Assembly (NCBI RefSeq): GCF_006345805.1
Contig: NC_042998.1
Span: 21,886,001-21,950,000 of the forward strand
DNA length: 64,000 nt
Direction of reading: 5' to 3'
Source: Octopus sinensis
Lineage: Eukaryota
The notes under the pieces are model-generated. The model worked only from the letters and a program-made list of their open reading frames with translations. It did not search any database and had not been told where the DNA came from. Shown here one piece after another: positions 27,586-39,979 of this stretch. The translations under genes and the position numbers were made by a program. How positions within the stretch are numbered: the stretch's first letter is position 1; each line of letters begins with the position of its first letter.

Positions 27586-28032
27586 ATCATCATCATCATC
27601 ATCATCGTCGTTTAACGTCCGTTCTCCATGCTAGCATGGGTTGGACGGTTCGACCGGGGATCTGGGAAGCCAGAAGGCTGCACCAGGCTCCAGTCTGATC
27701 TGGCAGTGTTTCTACAGCTGGATGCCCTTCCTAACGCCAACCACTCTGTGAGTGTAGTGGGTGCTTTTTACGTGCCACCTGCACAGGTGCCAGGTGAGGC
27801 TGGCAATGGCCATGGTCAGATTGGCACGGAAGCCAGTCGAGGCGGCACTGGCATCGGCCACGATTCGGATGGTGCTTTTTACATGCCACCGGCACGGAAG
27901 CCAGTCGAGGTGGCACTGACATCGGTCACGATTCGGATAGTGCTTTTTACGTACCACCAGTCCAGGGGTCCTGGCATCTGCCGGGTGCCAGTCATAGGAT
28001 TGGTTCAAATTCAATTCCGATTTCGATTTCGA
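27586..28032 (-). mobile_element. Retroposon family C
   Basis: Tail nearly identical to 49100-49277; internal subrepeats. Confidence 0.9.
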
Positions 28033-28239
28033 TATAATATTATATTTTATATAATCATCATCATCATCATTTAACATCTGTTTTCCATGCTGGCATGTGG
28101 ATGGTTTAACATTAAAAAATTTTCATGTTGATCATTTTGTACCTTTTACCGTAGGTTCTTGTTAAACTTTCTGTTTTTATTCTTCTCATTTTTTAAGTAA
28201 GCAAATGTGATAGCAATCAGATCTATACGTAACAATCCA

Positions 28240-28783
28240 ATGAACCTATACTAAGAAAATCGTCTCGATGGAACGTATCAGCTACTGGGAAAGACTGAAA
28301 GAATTAAACCTATTCTCCCTAGAATGAAGGCAGGAAAGATATGCAGTGATATACGTCTGGAAAATCCTGGAAGGCCTTGTATCAGACTTTGGCATAGAAA
28401 GATACACAAACAGCAGAATGGAGCACCACAGCATATTGTCAAAGATCCCAACATCACCATCAAAATACAGGACCAGATACTGCAACAGCTTGGGTTTCAA
28501 GGGCCCACACCTGTTTGATAGCCTTCTAAAATGCCTGAGGGACCTGCATGGTGTGGATATGGGTGTCTTTGAAACAAAACTGGATCGCTTCCTGTCAAGG
28601 GTTCCAGATGAGCCTACCTCACGGCAGGAAATACAGATGAAGGCAGCAGCACCAAACTCCCTTATTCACCAAATACCACATATCAGAGGAGGGTTTAAGT
28701 AATGGTGTAGCACAGCCAATGGTGGTGCCCCAGCATGACTGTAGCTTTAAAGCTGAAACAATTTAAAGATTAAAGATTGAAGA
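28240..28783 (+). pseudogene. 5'-truncated CR1-group LINE (ORF2 C-terminus and 3' tail)
   Basis: YWERLKELNLFSLE*RQERY..IYVWKILEGLV...FETKLDRFLSRVPDEP...AAAPNSLIHQ; tail ggtggtgccccagcatg...ctgaaacaatttaaagattaaagatt. Confidence 0.85.
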
Positions 28784-28787
28784 TATT

Positions 28788-29356
28788 TTGGATTGTTCGG
28801 AAAGTTCATGCCAATTTTTAAAGGAAAGAAAAAGGTCAATAAATACTTGCCATTACATTTTTAATCAACCAAATATGAACCATTTTGTTGCATAATGCCT
28901 CTTTAACTTTCCTTTAACTTGAAAATACTCTCTTCCCAGAATTGAAGTGATGGCTTCATGGCAAAGAATTCATCAAGGTATCTTTTTATGTCATCCAAGG
29001 AATCGAAATTTTTACCATTAAGACTATTCTGCAGAGACCTGAATAAGTGGAAATCCGAAGGAGCAGTATCTGGTGAATATGGAGTGTGGAGTAACACATC
29101 CCAGTCGAGCTGCAGCAATTTTTGTGTGATTCCCAAAGAATCAAGTGCCGAAAATGAACTTTCTTATCTTTCATTTTAAAGGGTTACAGAATTAACGCAG
29201 GTTATAGGAACATAAACCTTCTTCCATGAAAAGATAGCTTAAATTGTGCTCTAAATGGAGGTGTAGTCAAATCCTATTTTATGGAATCAGCCATGTTCTA
29301 AAATAAGTCGAAAGGTAAGCTACTATAAATCGGCACAAACTTTCTGGACAACCCAG
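28788..29356 (-). mobile_element. Internally deleted mariner transposon
   Basis: TIRs ttggattgttcggaaagttcatgcc / ggcacaaactttctggacaacccag followed by TA; minus ORFs give N-terminal MKDKKVHFRH and C-terminal WDVLLHTPYSPDTAPSDFHLFRSLQ (YSPDLAP.D motif). Confidence 0.92.
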
Positions 29357-30673
29357 TACATATATACATATGATGGATTCTCCTGTCGAAGATGACATAT
29401 CAGTATAAAGCTTTTTGGCCAAATGACCTGCACAAATGATCTGATTATAGTGATCAGATGTTTGTGCCAGACATTAGCTCATACCCTCCATCAAATCAAT
29501 GTTACCTGAACAGGTGCTATGTGTCAGGTGTTAAAGTGATCACAGCAGAATGTGAGACAAAGTGTTTTGCTCAAAAACACAACACACCACCCTGCCTAGG
29601 AATTGAAACCATAATTTTGTGATTGTGTGTGCAATGCCTTAACCACTAGGCCATATGTTCTGACTCTACATATATACATATACAATTATGTATTTACCTA
29701 TAAAAATCATATACATACATATGTGTGTACATACATATAAGTATGTACATATATAATGTATGGAAGGGCATTAGTGGCGTTAGAAAGGGCATCCAGCTGT
29801 AGAACTCTGCCAGATCAAGATTGGAGCCTGGTGCAGCCATCTGGTTCACCAGCCCTCAGTCAAATCGTCCAACCCATGCTAGCATGGAAAGCGGATGTTA
29901 AACGATGATGATATAATGATACATAATGTACATATATATATGTACATGTATAATTAAGTGGTTGTTTGAGGCTTGTCTTTCTACAAGTTGCTGGCCACCT
30001 CTTTGGGAGTCACTTCCAAATAAGGAAAATAAATAAACGAATAGATGAATAACTATGTAAATAAAAAGATCAGCTTGGGGGAAATTTTTAGAAAGTAAAG
30101 ATGGTGCAGATAGGAGTGGATTCTGAATTGAGAAATGAAATGGAATAAACAAGAGAAATGCTTGGGTCTAAGTTAAACTTTCTCAGTGTTGCATGCTGAA
30201 ATCCGTATTGGGATTGGTTTAATCAAGTATTTCCCCCCCTTAAAAATCTGGTGTGTTACAAATCTGTTGCATTGCGCAATCAATATTTTATGTCCTCAGC
30301 ATGAAACGTTATATAATTCATTTCCAGAAGGTTAAGAAGAAGAAGAAGAAGAAAAAAATGTTTCAAAAAGGAAAAAAAAAAAAAGCCAACGATAAAATGA
30401 AGGAAGAAATTAGGTATCATTCCTAAATTCATTGAGAAATAATTGGTATTAAAAAAGAAAAAAAAAAAGAAAAGAAAAGAAAAAAAATATGAAACAAAAA
30501 TGAAAAAAAAAAAAAAAATTCTTTCAGGAGAAAGAATAAGAATCTGATTCAGCCATCCATAGAAACAAATAAATAGCTAAATATCCAGCAGAACCTTTTG
30601 GAATTGTTACCAATTGGAAACAGGCTATATAAAAATAAAAATATGACCAAGCAAATAAAATAGCCCTACTGCA

Positions 30674-30684
30674 ATCTATCTATC

Positions 30685-30764
<80 letters not shown>

Positions 30765-30772
30765 GTCTGTCC

Positions 30773-30824
<52 letters not shown>

Positions 30825-30847
30825 GACTGTCCTTCTATCTATCTATG

Positions 30848-30881
<34 letters not shown>

Positions 30882-30924
30882 ATCTATCTATCTATCTAAC
30901 TGTCTGTCCTTCTATCTATCTATA

Positions 30925-30966
<42 letters not shown>
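30674..30966. repeat. (ATCT)n microsatellite
   Basis: Direct inspection. Confidence 0.95.
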
Positions 30967-30967
<1 letters not shown>

Positions 30968-30997
30968 ACACACACCCACTCTATATATATATATTAT

Positions 30998-31040
<43 letters not shown>

Positions 31041-31639
31041 TATATATACACACATACATACACTGGTAGATATATATATACACACATACATACACTGGTA
31101 GATATATATATACACACATACATACACTGGTAGATATATATATACACACATACATACACTGGTATATATTTATACACACACACGTGTGTGGTGTGTATAT
31201 TTCTGATTCCTCTCACATTTGCTAACTCCCATGACTTCAAGGATGACTCATTTTCTGCATTATATTCCTTGCTTTTCCTTCATCTTGCACAGTTCTATAC
31301 CGTTCCACTTTTTAAATCAATTTTCTTCATCCATCACTCTTAAATATTATTTTAATACTTTCTGCTATACGTTTCAATTTGCCAAGTACTTCATAGCACC
31401 TCTTTCTCTCTCTCTCTGCCTTTCCCATTCTTCCATCTCCATTTCTCTCTCTCTCTCTCTCTCAACCAGGCACTCTCTCAATTAGTGCCACTCAAAGAGA
31501 GAATATATGGCACTGCAATAGACATTGTAAATGGAGATTCCTGCTAAAGAGACACTTGGAGTAAATTGAAAAATTGTGAATAGGTGTACTGATATGTGAA
31601 TACATTATGTAGATATCTATAAAATGTGAATATATAGGT

Positions 31640-32245
31640 ACAGGCGTGGCTTTGTGGTAAGAAGATCGCTTCCCAACCACATGCTTCCGGGTTCAATCCC
31701 ACAGAATGGCACACTGTGTTAGAATGGCGAGCTGGTAGAAATGTTAGCACACTGGGCGAAATGTTTAGCGGTATTTCGTCTGCCGTTATGTTCTGAGTTC
31801 AAATTCCGCCGAGGTCGACTTTGCCTTTCATCCTTTCGGGGTCGATAAATTAAATACTAGTTACACACTGAGGTCGATGTAATCGACTTAATCCCTTTGT
31901 CTGCCCTTGTTTGTCCCTTCTATGTTTAGCCCCTTGTGGGCAGTAAAGAAATAGGTATTTCGTCTGCCATTACATTCTGAGTTCAAATTCCGCCAAGGTC
32001 AACTTTGCCTTACATCCTTTCGAGGTCGATAAATTAAATACCAGTTACACACTGGGTCGATATAATCAACTTAATCCCTTTGTCTGTCCTTGTTTGCCCC
32101 CTCTATGTTTAGGTCCTTGTGGGCAATAAAGAAATAAGAAATAAAAATGACACACCTTGGGCAAGTGTCTTCTATCATAGCTTTGAGCCAACTAAAGCTT
32201 TGTGAGTGAATTTGGTTGATGGAAACTGAAAGAAGCCCATTCTGT
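31640..32245 (+). mobile_element. SINE A 5' half interrupted by a SINE B insertion
   Basis: Head breaks after aatggcacac (31705-31714) and resumes at aatgacacac (32146-32155) cttgggcaagtgtc. Confidence 0.75.
31724..32145 (+). mobile_element. SINE family B with internal ~185-bp duplication
   Basis: tggcgagctggtagaa head; ggtatttcgtctgcc...gagttcaaattccgcc...ccttgtgggca.taaagaaata occurs twice. Confidence 0.85.
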
Positions 32246-32611
32246 ACACATGCACACACACACATATATTTATTTAAAATTTTTAGACTAATAGGTCCAT
32301 GTCAATTAGTGTGTTGAGTAAAGCTCATTCACAGTTTGGGCTATCTGGTGTCATCAACAGTTGGAATACATTTCCTCTGGATCTATGTCAGGAATTCCAC
32401 AGTGTAAACTGAGATAATAATAATTGATGAAGGAAACAGAAGATAGATTTAGCTCTAGTCTTTATTCTGTACAACAATAATTTCAGCCCATTCTGAAACT
32501 GTCTGTTATATGCATAAAATCCTACCCTCAATGGACAGTTAGCATGATGGGTCAAAATGATTATCATACTAAATAAAAGCCAGTGCTTCCTTCATCAGTT
32601 ACTATTATTAT

Positions 32612-33170
32612 TATTGAGTGAAAGAGCAGTGCATGCCATCAAAGTGGCACTGGGGTAAAATATACGAAGCCCAGTATACCCATCATGACTACCCGTCTGA
32701 TAAGGGTACACTAGGCACATGCATCACAACCATGTGTGCGCGACATGGTGACCTCATATCAAGATAAACAGCACATGACCTTGCAGGTGGGGCCCAGTTA
32801 GGATTTTTTTCTGATCATGTAACCCATCCTGCTCAAAGGGTCCCTAAATAAGGGTTGTTTAAGGATTTTGAATGAAACACCCATGCTTCCAGAGGTGAAT
32901 TATTTGAACCCCTTGAATTCCTCTGAACACATGGCTATAAAGACCCCCCACTACTTCTGCTTGTGATCAGAGATGCACATATTGTCAGCCATGAAGGGAC
33001 ATGCTCAACTGGTTAAAGTCAAACAACTGACAAGCAAATCTGTGGTATTGAGCAGAATATTTGCTGTAGCCCATCTTTTATACCAAGACAAAACAATGTA
33101 CATGATAACACTTCCAGTTATTTAAGATCAGAAGCCATGAGAGCCACTGCCTGGTTTTGCATCAGGTGGT
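32612..33170. mobile_element. Dispersed repeat family D flanked by (TTA)n
   Basis: Reverse-complement copy at 55535-55870 plus 56112-56212. Confidence 0.75.
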
Positions 33171-34247
33171 ATTATTATTATTATACATATATTGGTGCAG
33201 GAGTGGTTGTGGGGGGAAGAAGCTTGCTTCCCAACCACATATATGTATAATAATAATAATAATAATACCACCTGATGCAGTACCAGGCAGTGGCTGGGGT
33301 TGATTTGTTTGACTAAAGGCAGTGCTCCAGCATGGCTGCAGTCAAATGACTGAAACAAGTAAAAGAATAAAAGAATATATTTATATGTGTGTGTGTGTGT
33401 GTGTGTGTGTTTGTACCCCACCATTACTTGACAATTTGTGTTGGTGCATTTGTGTCCCCATAACTTGGCAGTTCAGCAAAAGTGACTGATAAAATAACTA
33501 CCGGCCTCAAAAATAAAAGAAAGTACTTAGTCAATCTGTTTGACTGAAATTCTTCAAGGTGATGCCCCAGTATGGCTACAGTCTAATTACTCGAATAATT
33601 AAAAGATAAAATATATAAATATGTGTGTATGTGTGTGGGTAGTGAAATCCTCCCCAGAGCTCGTTTATAGCCTGTCTGTTCTTCGACTAAACATTCATTA
33701 GGGAGTGGTAAAAATTAAGATATAATTATTATGACTCATTAACATGGTTTATTTTAACATTTTTTTTCAAAATTCCTCTGTGGAATTTTGTGAATAATTG
33801 TTTTATTGATTTACATTTATAGGGGTTTGTTTTTCACAGGTCAATAACTGGTTCATAGCATTTATGATCATAAAAATTACAAAAGATTGTTTGTGTAACT
33901 TGCATGAAATAAATGCCACAAGTTCAATTTTGCTTGAAACTAATAGTTTATCTGTTTTCTTACTGATGGGTACATCTTTCGCTAATATACATTGACCAAA
34001 GTTGCACATAAATATATTTGTATTGAAACCATGAAGATATCCGATCAGCCAGCTGAGGATGGGATTTTCTGTGTTATGTAATGTGTATTTTCATCGTTTC
34101 CTTTGTAGTCCTACTGCTAATCCTAGTAATTTTATTGTATTATTTTATGAAGGGAGTTTGTTAGAGTTTTGTTCATGTGAATGATGATGTTTTCTATTGT
34201 GTGAGTGTGATTAAGTTTGGGACAAAGTTTGCTTTAGAAGCGTTGAA

Positions 34248-34482
34248 ATGTATTGAAAGATACAGATAAGGAATTAATTTATTCTCAAACGCAGAATATT
34301 TCTTACAGAATAGCAGGAACAGGATAAACCGTCCATATTTTGCAGAAGAATTTGCCAGCAGCCATCCATGGCCGGCAAATTTTTCTGCAAAATATGGATA
34401 GTTAATCCTGTTCCTGCTATTCTGTAAGAAATATTCTGCGTTTGAGAATAAATTATTTCCTTATCTGAATCTTTCAATACAT
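34248..34482. repeat. ~235-bp near-perfect palindrome (fold-back)
   Basis: atgtattgaaaga...gcagaatatttcttacagaatagcagg vs cctgctattctgtaagaaatattctgc...tctttcaatacat. Confidence 0.9.
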
Positions 34483-34530
34483 ATATATATATATATGAAT
34501 TAACACTTTGTTTACATTACCATCACATAT

Positions 34531-34747
34531 CTCTCTTTTACTCTTTTACTTGTTTCAGTCATTTGACTGCGGCCATGCTGGAGCACCACCTTTAGTCGAG
34601 CAAATCGACCCCAGGACTTATTCTTTGTTAGCCTAGTACTCATTCTATCAGTCTCATTTTGCCGAATCACTAAGTTACAGGGATGTAAACACACCACCAT
34701 TGGTTGTCAAGCGTTGTTGGAGGGACAAACACAGACACACAAACTCG

Positions 34748-34805
<58 letters not shown>

Positions 34806-34966
34806 CGACGGGATTCTTTCAGTTTCCGTCTACCGAATCCACTCACAAGGCTTTGGTCGGCCCGAGGCTATAGTAGAAGACACTTGCCCAACATTCCACA
34901 GTGGGACTGAACCCGGAAACATGTGGTTGGTTAGCAAGCTACTTACCACACAGCCACTCCTGCGCC
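34531..34966 (-). mobile_element. SINE family A, full length
   Basis: Colinear with other copies. Confidence 0.9.
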
Positions 34967-35127
34967 TATGTATCAATTATTTTCGCATCCTATCTATATT
35001 CGCATTCTGAAGAGATTTTCTTAAACCAGTAAATCGAAACGATCGTAAATGCTACCCTCATCTCTGGTTCTTCCTTCTTTGTTACCTATTTAATTAAAGA
35101 CATACTAGCGTAAACCACGAGTTTCCT

Positions 35128-35433
35128 ATGATCACCGTGATTGACCAGGCTATCAGATGTTGCTACACATCGCTGGTCACAATGCGCTTCGCAATGTTTT
35201 AGCCTTCAAATGACGCTACCCCTCTGGCTAAGCGAGCAGGCCAACGGAAGAAAGAGTGAGAGAAAGTTGTAGTGAAAGAGTACAGCAGGGATCGCCATCA
35301 TCCCCTGCCGGAGCCTCGTGGGGCTTTAGGTGTTTTTGCTCAATAAACACTCACAACGCCTGGTCTAGGAATCGAAACTGCGATCCTACGACCGTGAGTC
35401 CGCTGCCCTAACCACTGGGCCATTGCGCTCCAC
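35128..35433 (-). mobile_element. tRNA-derived SINE family E (OR-like), tail type 1
   Basis: Minus head gcgcaatggcccagtggttagggcagcggactc...gtttcgattcc; 5' ~180 bp nearly identical to 57020-57204. Confidence 0.85.
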
Positions 35434-35924
35434 ATATATATGTATATATATATACACACACACGCATATACAATGGGCTTCTTCCAGTTTCTCTCCACCA
35501 AATCCACTTACAAGGCTTTAATTGGCCCAGGGCTGTAGTAGAAGACATTTACCCAAGGTGCCCACAAAGTGGGACTGAACCCGGAACCATGTGGTTGGGA
35601 AGCAAGCTTCTTGCCTCACATCCACGCTTGCTCCTATGTATAGCCTTATTGTAGTTCCCAGGGAGATTCAGCATGACGTAAGATGTGATGGGGCTGGCCC
35701 TCTGAAATACATGTATTGCTCATTTCTGCCAGCTGAGTAGACTGAAGCTTGTGAAATAAAGTATCTTGCTCAAGGACACAACACACTACTGGGTATTGAA
35801 CTCACGACCTTACAGTTGTGAGCTGACTACCTCTAACCACTAAGCCACTTACCTTTACGGTCATGCTAATAGCTACCAATTAAAATAGCATGAGTAGGAT
35901 AGTATGAGGGTATCATTATGCACA

Positions 35925-36275
35925 AGAATTGGCTAGAAGTAGCAGTCACAAAAATTGGCTAGAAATAGGGGTCACAAAAATTGGCTAGAAATAGCAGTCA
36001 AAAAAATTGGCTAGAAATAGGAGTCACAAAAATTGCAGTCATGAAAGTTGGCTAGAAAGAGCAGTCACAAAAATTGGCTAGAAATAGCAGTCACAAAAAT
36101 TGCAATCACAAAAGTTGCAGCCGCAAAAATTGGCTAGAAATAGCAGTCTCAAAAATTGCAATCACAAAAGTTGCAGTCGCAAAAATTGGCAGTCACAAAA
36201 GTTGGCTAGAAACAGCAGTTAGAAAAGTTGTCTAGAAATAGCAGTCACAAAAATTGGCTAGAAATAACAGCCAAA
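35925..36275. repeat. 26-bp minisatellite (aaaaattggctagaaatagcagtcac) with deletion variants
   Basis: ttggctagaa at 35955, 35981, 36007 and onward. Confidence 0.9.
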
Positions 36276-36632
36276 TTAAAATATTGGCATACATCATATA
36301 GGCAATTCTAAAGAGAGTATCAAACATTTAGAAGCCGAGTCAAATTACTATGACCTCTGTCTCCCCAGAAACATAACTCTGCCTCGTTTGCCACCCACCC
36401 ACCGATACCAATTATTTCCAAACAAGCTACCGCATGCCGAAATTCCTTCTTATGAACTTTTAAAGAGAAACACCCGCTTCCTGCAGATGCATGGAATATA
36501 GTAATCTAGAAAACAGTGTATGATGGATAGGCTTTTGACATCATCAAGCATGTGGTAGGGTAATGATGGCCTGTGTCATTTTGAATTTTTAAACTGTTAT
36601 TTGTGATTCCATTTTGGCAAATGTTCAGCAAA

Positions 36633-36922
36633 GCGCAGGAGTGGCTGTGTGGTAAGTAGCTTGGTAACCAACCACATGGTTCCGGGTTCAGTCCCACTGC
36701 GTGGCATCTTGGGCAAGTGTCTTCTGCTATAGCCCCGGGCCGACCGATGCCTTGTGAGTGGATTTGGTAGACGGAAACTGAAAGAAGCCTGTCGTATATC
36801 ATCATCATCATCGTTTAACGTCCGCTTTCCATGCTAGCATGGGTTGGACGGTTCAACTGGGGTCTGGGAAGCCCGAAGGCTGCACCAGACCAGTCAGATC
36901 TGGCAGTGTTTCTACAGCTGGA

Positions 36923-36982
<60 letters not shown>

Positions 36983-37201
36983 CGTGTGTGTGTTTGTGTG
37001 TCTGTGTTTGTACCCCTAGCATTGCTTGACAACCGATGCTGGTGTGTTTACGTCCCCGTCACTTAGCGGTTCGGCAAAAAGAGACCAATAGAATAAGTAC
37101 TGGGCTTACAAAGAATAAGTCCCGGGGTCGAGTTGCTCGATTAAAGGCGGTGCTCCAGCATGGCCGCAGTCAAATGACTGAAACAAGTAAAAGAGTAAGA
37201 G
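36633..37201 (+). mobile_element. SINE family A with a nested antisense family C fragment (36798-36923)
   Basis: Head gcgcaggagtggctgtgtgg; tail gactgaaacaagtaaaagag. Confidence 0.9.
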
Positions 37202-37301
37202 CAATCACAAACCAGACAAAACTGACTCTTTGTAACCTTTAGATGTCCTTCTTGTTACATACCATCATGGATTAGATTGTACATACCTATACTATAAACT
37301 G

Positions 37302-37549
37302 TGGAGGCGTGTGGCTTAGTGGTTAGGGTGCCAGCGTCATGATCGTAAGATTGTGGTTTCGATTCCTGGACCGGGCGACGCATTATATTCTTGAGCAAAA
37401 CACTTCATTTCATGTTGCTCCAGTCCACTCAGCTGGCACAAATGAGTAACGCTGCGATGGACTGGCGTCCTGTCCAGCTGGGGAATACATATGCCACAGA
37501 AACTGGGTCCATGAGCCTGGCTAGGCTTTAAAAGGGCGCATTTATTTTA
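37302..37549 (+). mobile_element. tRNA-derived SINE with V-domain-like core
   Basis: Head ggaggcgtgtggcttagtggttaggg...gtttcgattcc; gctgcgatggactggcgtcctgtccag resembles the V-SINE core; 13-bp direct repeat tatactataaact at 37288-37300 and 37934-37946. Confidence 0.75.
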
Positions 37550-37932
37550 TCTCTCTCTATATAAACGGCAGTTTGTCTGTGCGTGTTTCTGTGTGTCTGT
37601 TTGCTTGTACCCTCACCCTGACCACGGCTTTCAACTGATTCTGATGAAACTTGACACACACATAGCCCAATGTCATAATTCAAAACTAACGCAGCGAAAA
37701 TTTTGAAAAGTTCCCCCAGTTCTGAAAAAAATCGATAAATTCGACATGGGGTCGAGAATCAGGAACACAAACCACAAACTGTGTAGGGGACGCAACTCCA
37801 CCTTTTTTAACTAACAAAAAAAAATTTACCATCATTTTTTTCCATTTTTTTGCTATTTTTTGGCTAACTCTCTAAAAATGCTTTATAGTTATTTCCCTTA
37901 CAAACCTGAGCAACGCCGGGCGATACTGCTAG
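37550..37932 (+). mobile_element. Non-autonomous Helitron
   Basis: A|TC start, subterminal hairpin cctgagcaacgccggg (37905-37920), CTAG|T end, no TSD of its own. Confidence 0.85.
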
Positions 37933-38172
37933 TTATACTATAAACTATAAGTATGTATCAGGCAATCGGATTTGTTTTTGTATGACAAAGCATAAGCAAC
38001 CATCACAAACACACACACATGCAAAAAAAAAAAAAACAACACATTCATCTACGTAATTATGTTTAAAGTGACGAAAGTACTTGGGCAGAATATTTGTTAA
38101 TTAATTGTAAGTAATCTTATTTGATTGATGCTTAAATCCATAAGGCCCCTTCCGTAATATATAAATATATAT

Positions 38173-38569
38173 ACTCTTTTACTTGTTTCAGTCATTTGAC
38201 TGTGGCCATGCTAGAGCACCACCTTTAGTCGAGCAAATCGACCCCAGGTCTTATTCTTTGCAAGCCTAGTACTTATTCTATTGGTCTCTTTTGCCGAACC
38301 ACTCAGTTACGGAGATGTAAACACACCAGCATCGGTTGTCAAGCGATGTTGGGGGTGCAAACACAGACCAACAAACATATACACACACATACATAAATAT
38401 ATACATATATACGACGGGCTTCTTTCAGTTTCCGTCTACCAAATCCACTCACAAGGCTTTGGTCGGCCCGAGGCTATAGTAGAATACACTTGCCCGAGGT
38501 GCCACACAGTGGGACTGAACCCAGATCCATGTGGTTGGTAAGCAAGCTACTTACCACACAGCCACTCCT
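38173..38569 (-). mobile_element. SINE family A
   Basis: Colinear with other copies. Confidence 0.9.
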
Positions 38570-38679
38570 ATTTTGCAAGATTTCTGATGTGAAATTTTAT
38601 GTTGAAACAGATATTGTTATATTTCACAATGGTCTTTTGTTTTCTCCCAATAAACATGCACACACACATAAGTTTATCA

Positions 38680-38960
38680 TTGTTATTTTAGTGTCCTTTG
38701 TCTTCAATCATTTGTCTCACATCCTGTGACCTCTTCAGTAACTCCCCATCCCATGTGTCACTCCTGTTCTGTTTAGACCATTGAAGAGAATGGATTAAAC
38801 AGGACAAGAGGAGACATGTGAGACGGGGAGTTGCTGAAGAGGTCACAGGAGATGTGAATGGAATAAACGGAACAGGAGGTGACACTTGGGATGGGGAGTT
38901 AGTGAAGAGGTCACAGGATGTGTGATGAAAGATTTCAAACGAGGAACACTAAAATAACAA
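38680..38960. mobile_element. Fold-back MITE-like element with an internal duplicated subunit
   Basis: ttgttattttagtg...cactaaaataacaa; cctgtgacctcttca appears once, its complement tgaagaggtcacagg twice. Confidence 0.8.
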
Positions 38961-39245
38961 TTGCAGTGTGGTAGGTGTTTGTAAGCCATTTAAGAAACAC
39001 ACAAAAGCCGTTCGATTCACTTCAACATTTAAGTTTAATTTGTCAAAATATTTTCGTCACTATAAGACCACGACCTGTTCACTGACAAAAATCCGTAATG
39101 CATCAGAGATTTTTGTCAGTGAACAAGTCGCGGTCTTATAGCGATGAAAATATTTTGTCTAATTAAACTTAAATGTTGAAGTGAACCGAACGGCTTTTGT
39201 GTGTTTCTTAAATGGCTTACAAACACCTTCCACGCTGCAATTGTT
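38956..39245. repeat. ~290-bp near-perfect palindrome (fold-back)
   Basis: ggtgtttgtaagccatttaagaaacacacaaaagccgttcg vs cgaacggcttttgtgtgtttcttaaatggcttacaaacacc. Confidence 0.9.
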
Positions 39246-39551
39246 TCCGTTCCAGCACACGATCTCAGATCAAATCACTTGCTATGCAAGTACATCTCCG
39301 TAAAACACTGAAATAAGAACAATGATAATGCTGAAGTGAAGAACAAGTATACAGTATGTGTATCTATTTTGGAAAGAGCGGAATATATGTCCATCCTGAA
39401 ATATAACATTATATAACCGTGGTAGGATTTGGTAAAACCCAGGCATATCAACAAGTAGGATGCCAAAGATGACTCGATACTTTGTATTGAGTGCAAAGTA
39501 AGGGAAAACAATCCTTAATTGTCATTTGTTGGTGATTCACTGTAAGTATAC

Positions 39552-39584
<33 letters not shown>

Positions 39585-39934
39585 CTTACACAAACTATTC
39601 CAAGAAATAATAACAAAGGGTTGGTTTACATTACAACGGTTTATGTATATACATTTGTTTGAGAAATGGCAGCTATAAACTTGAAGCTACTTTCAATTAA
39701 GGAACTAAAGATAGAATTAGTCATTGGGAATTATGTGTTACTTAACATTATATATATATATACACACATACACATACACACACATATACATATATGTGTA
39801 TATATGTATATATATATATATATATATATCATCATCATCATCATCATATATATATATATTATGTGTGTGTATAAATATATTTGTATATATGTATATATAT
39901 GTGTGTGTGTGTATATATATTTGTATATACATAC

Positions 39935-39979
<45 letters not shown>

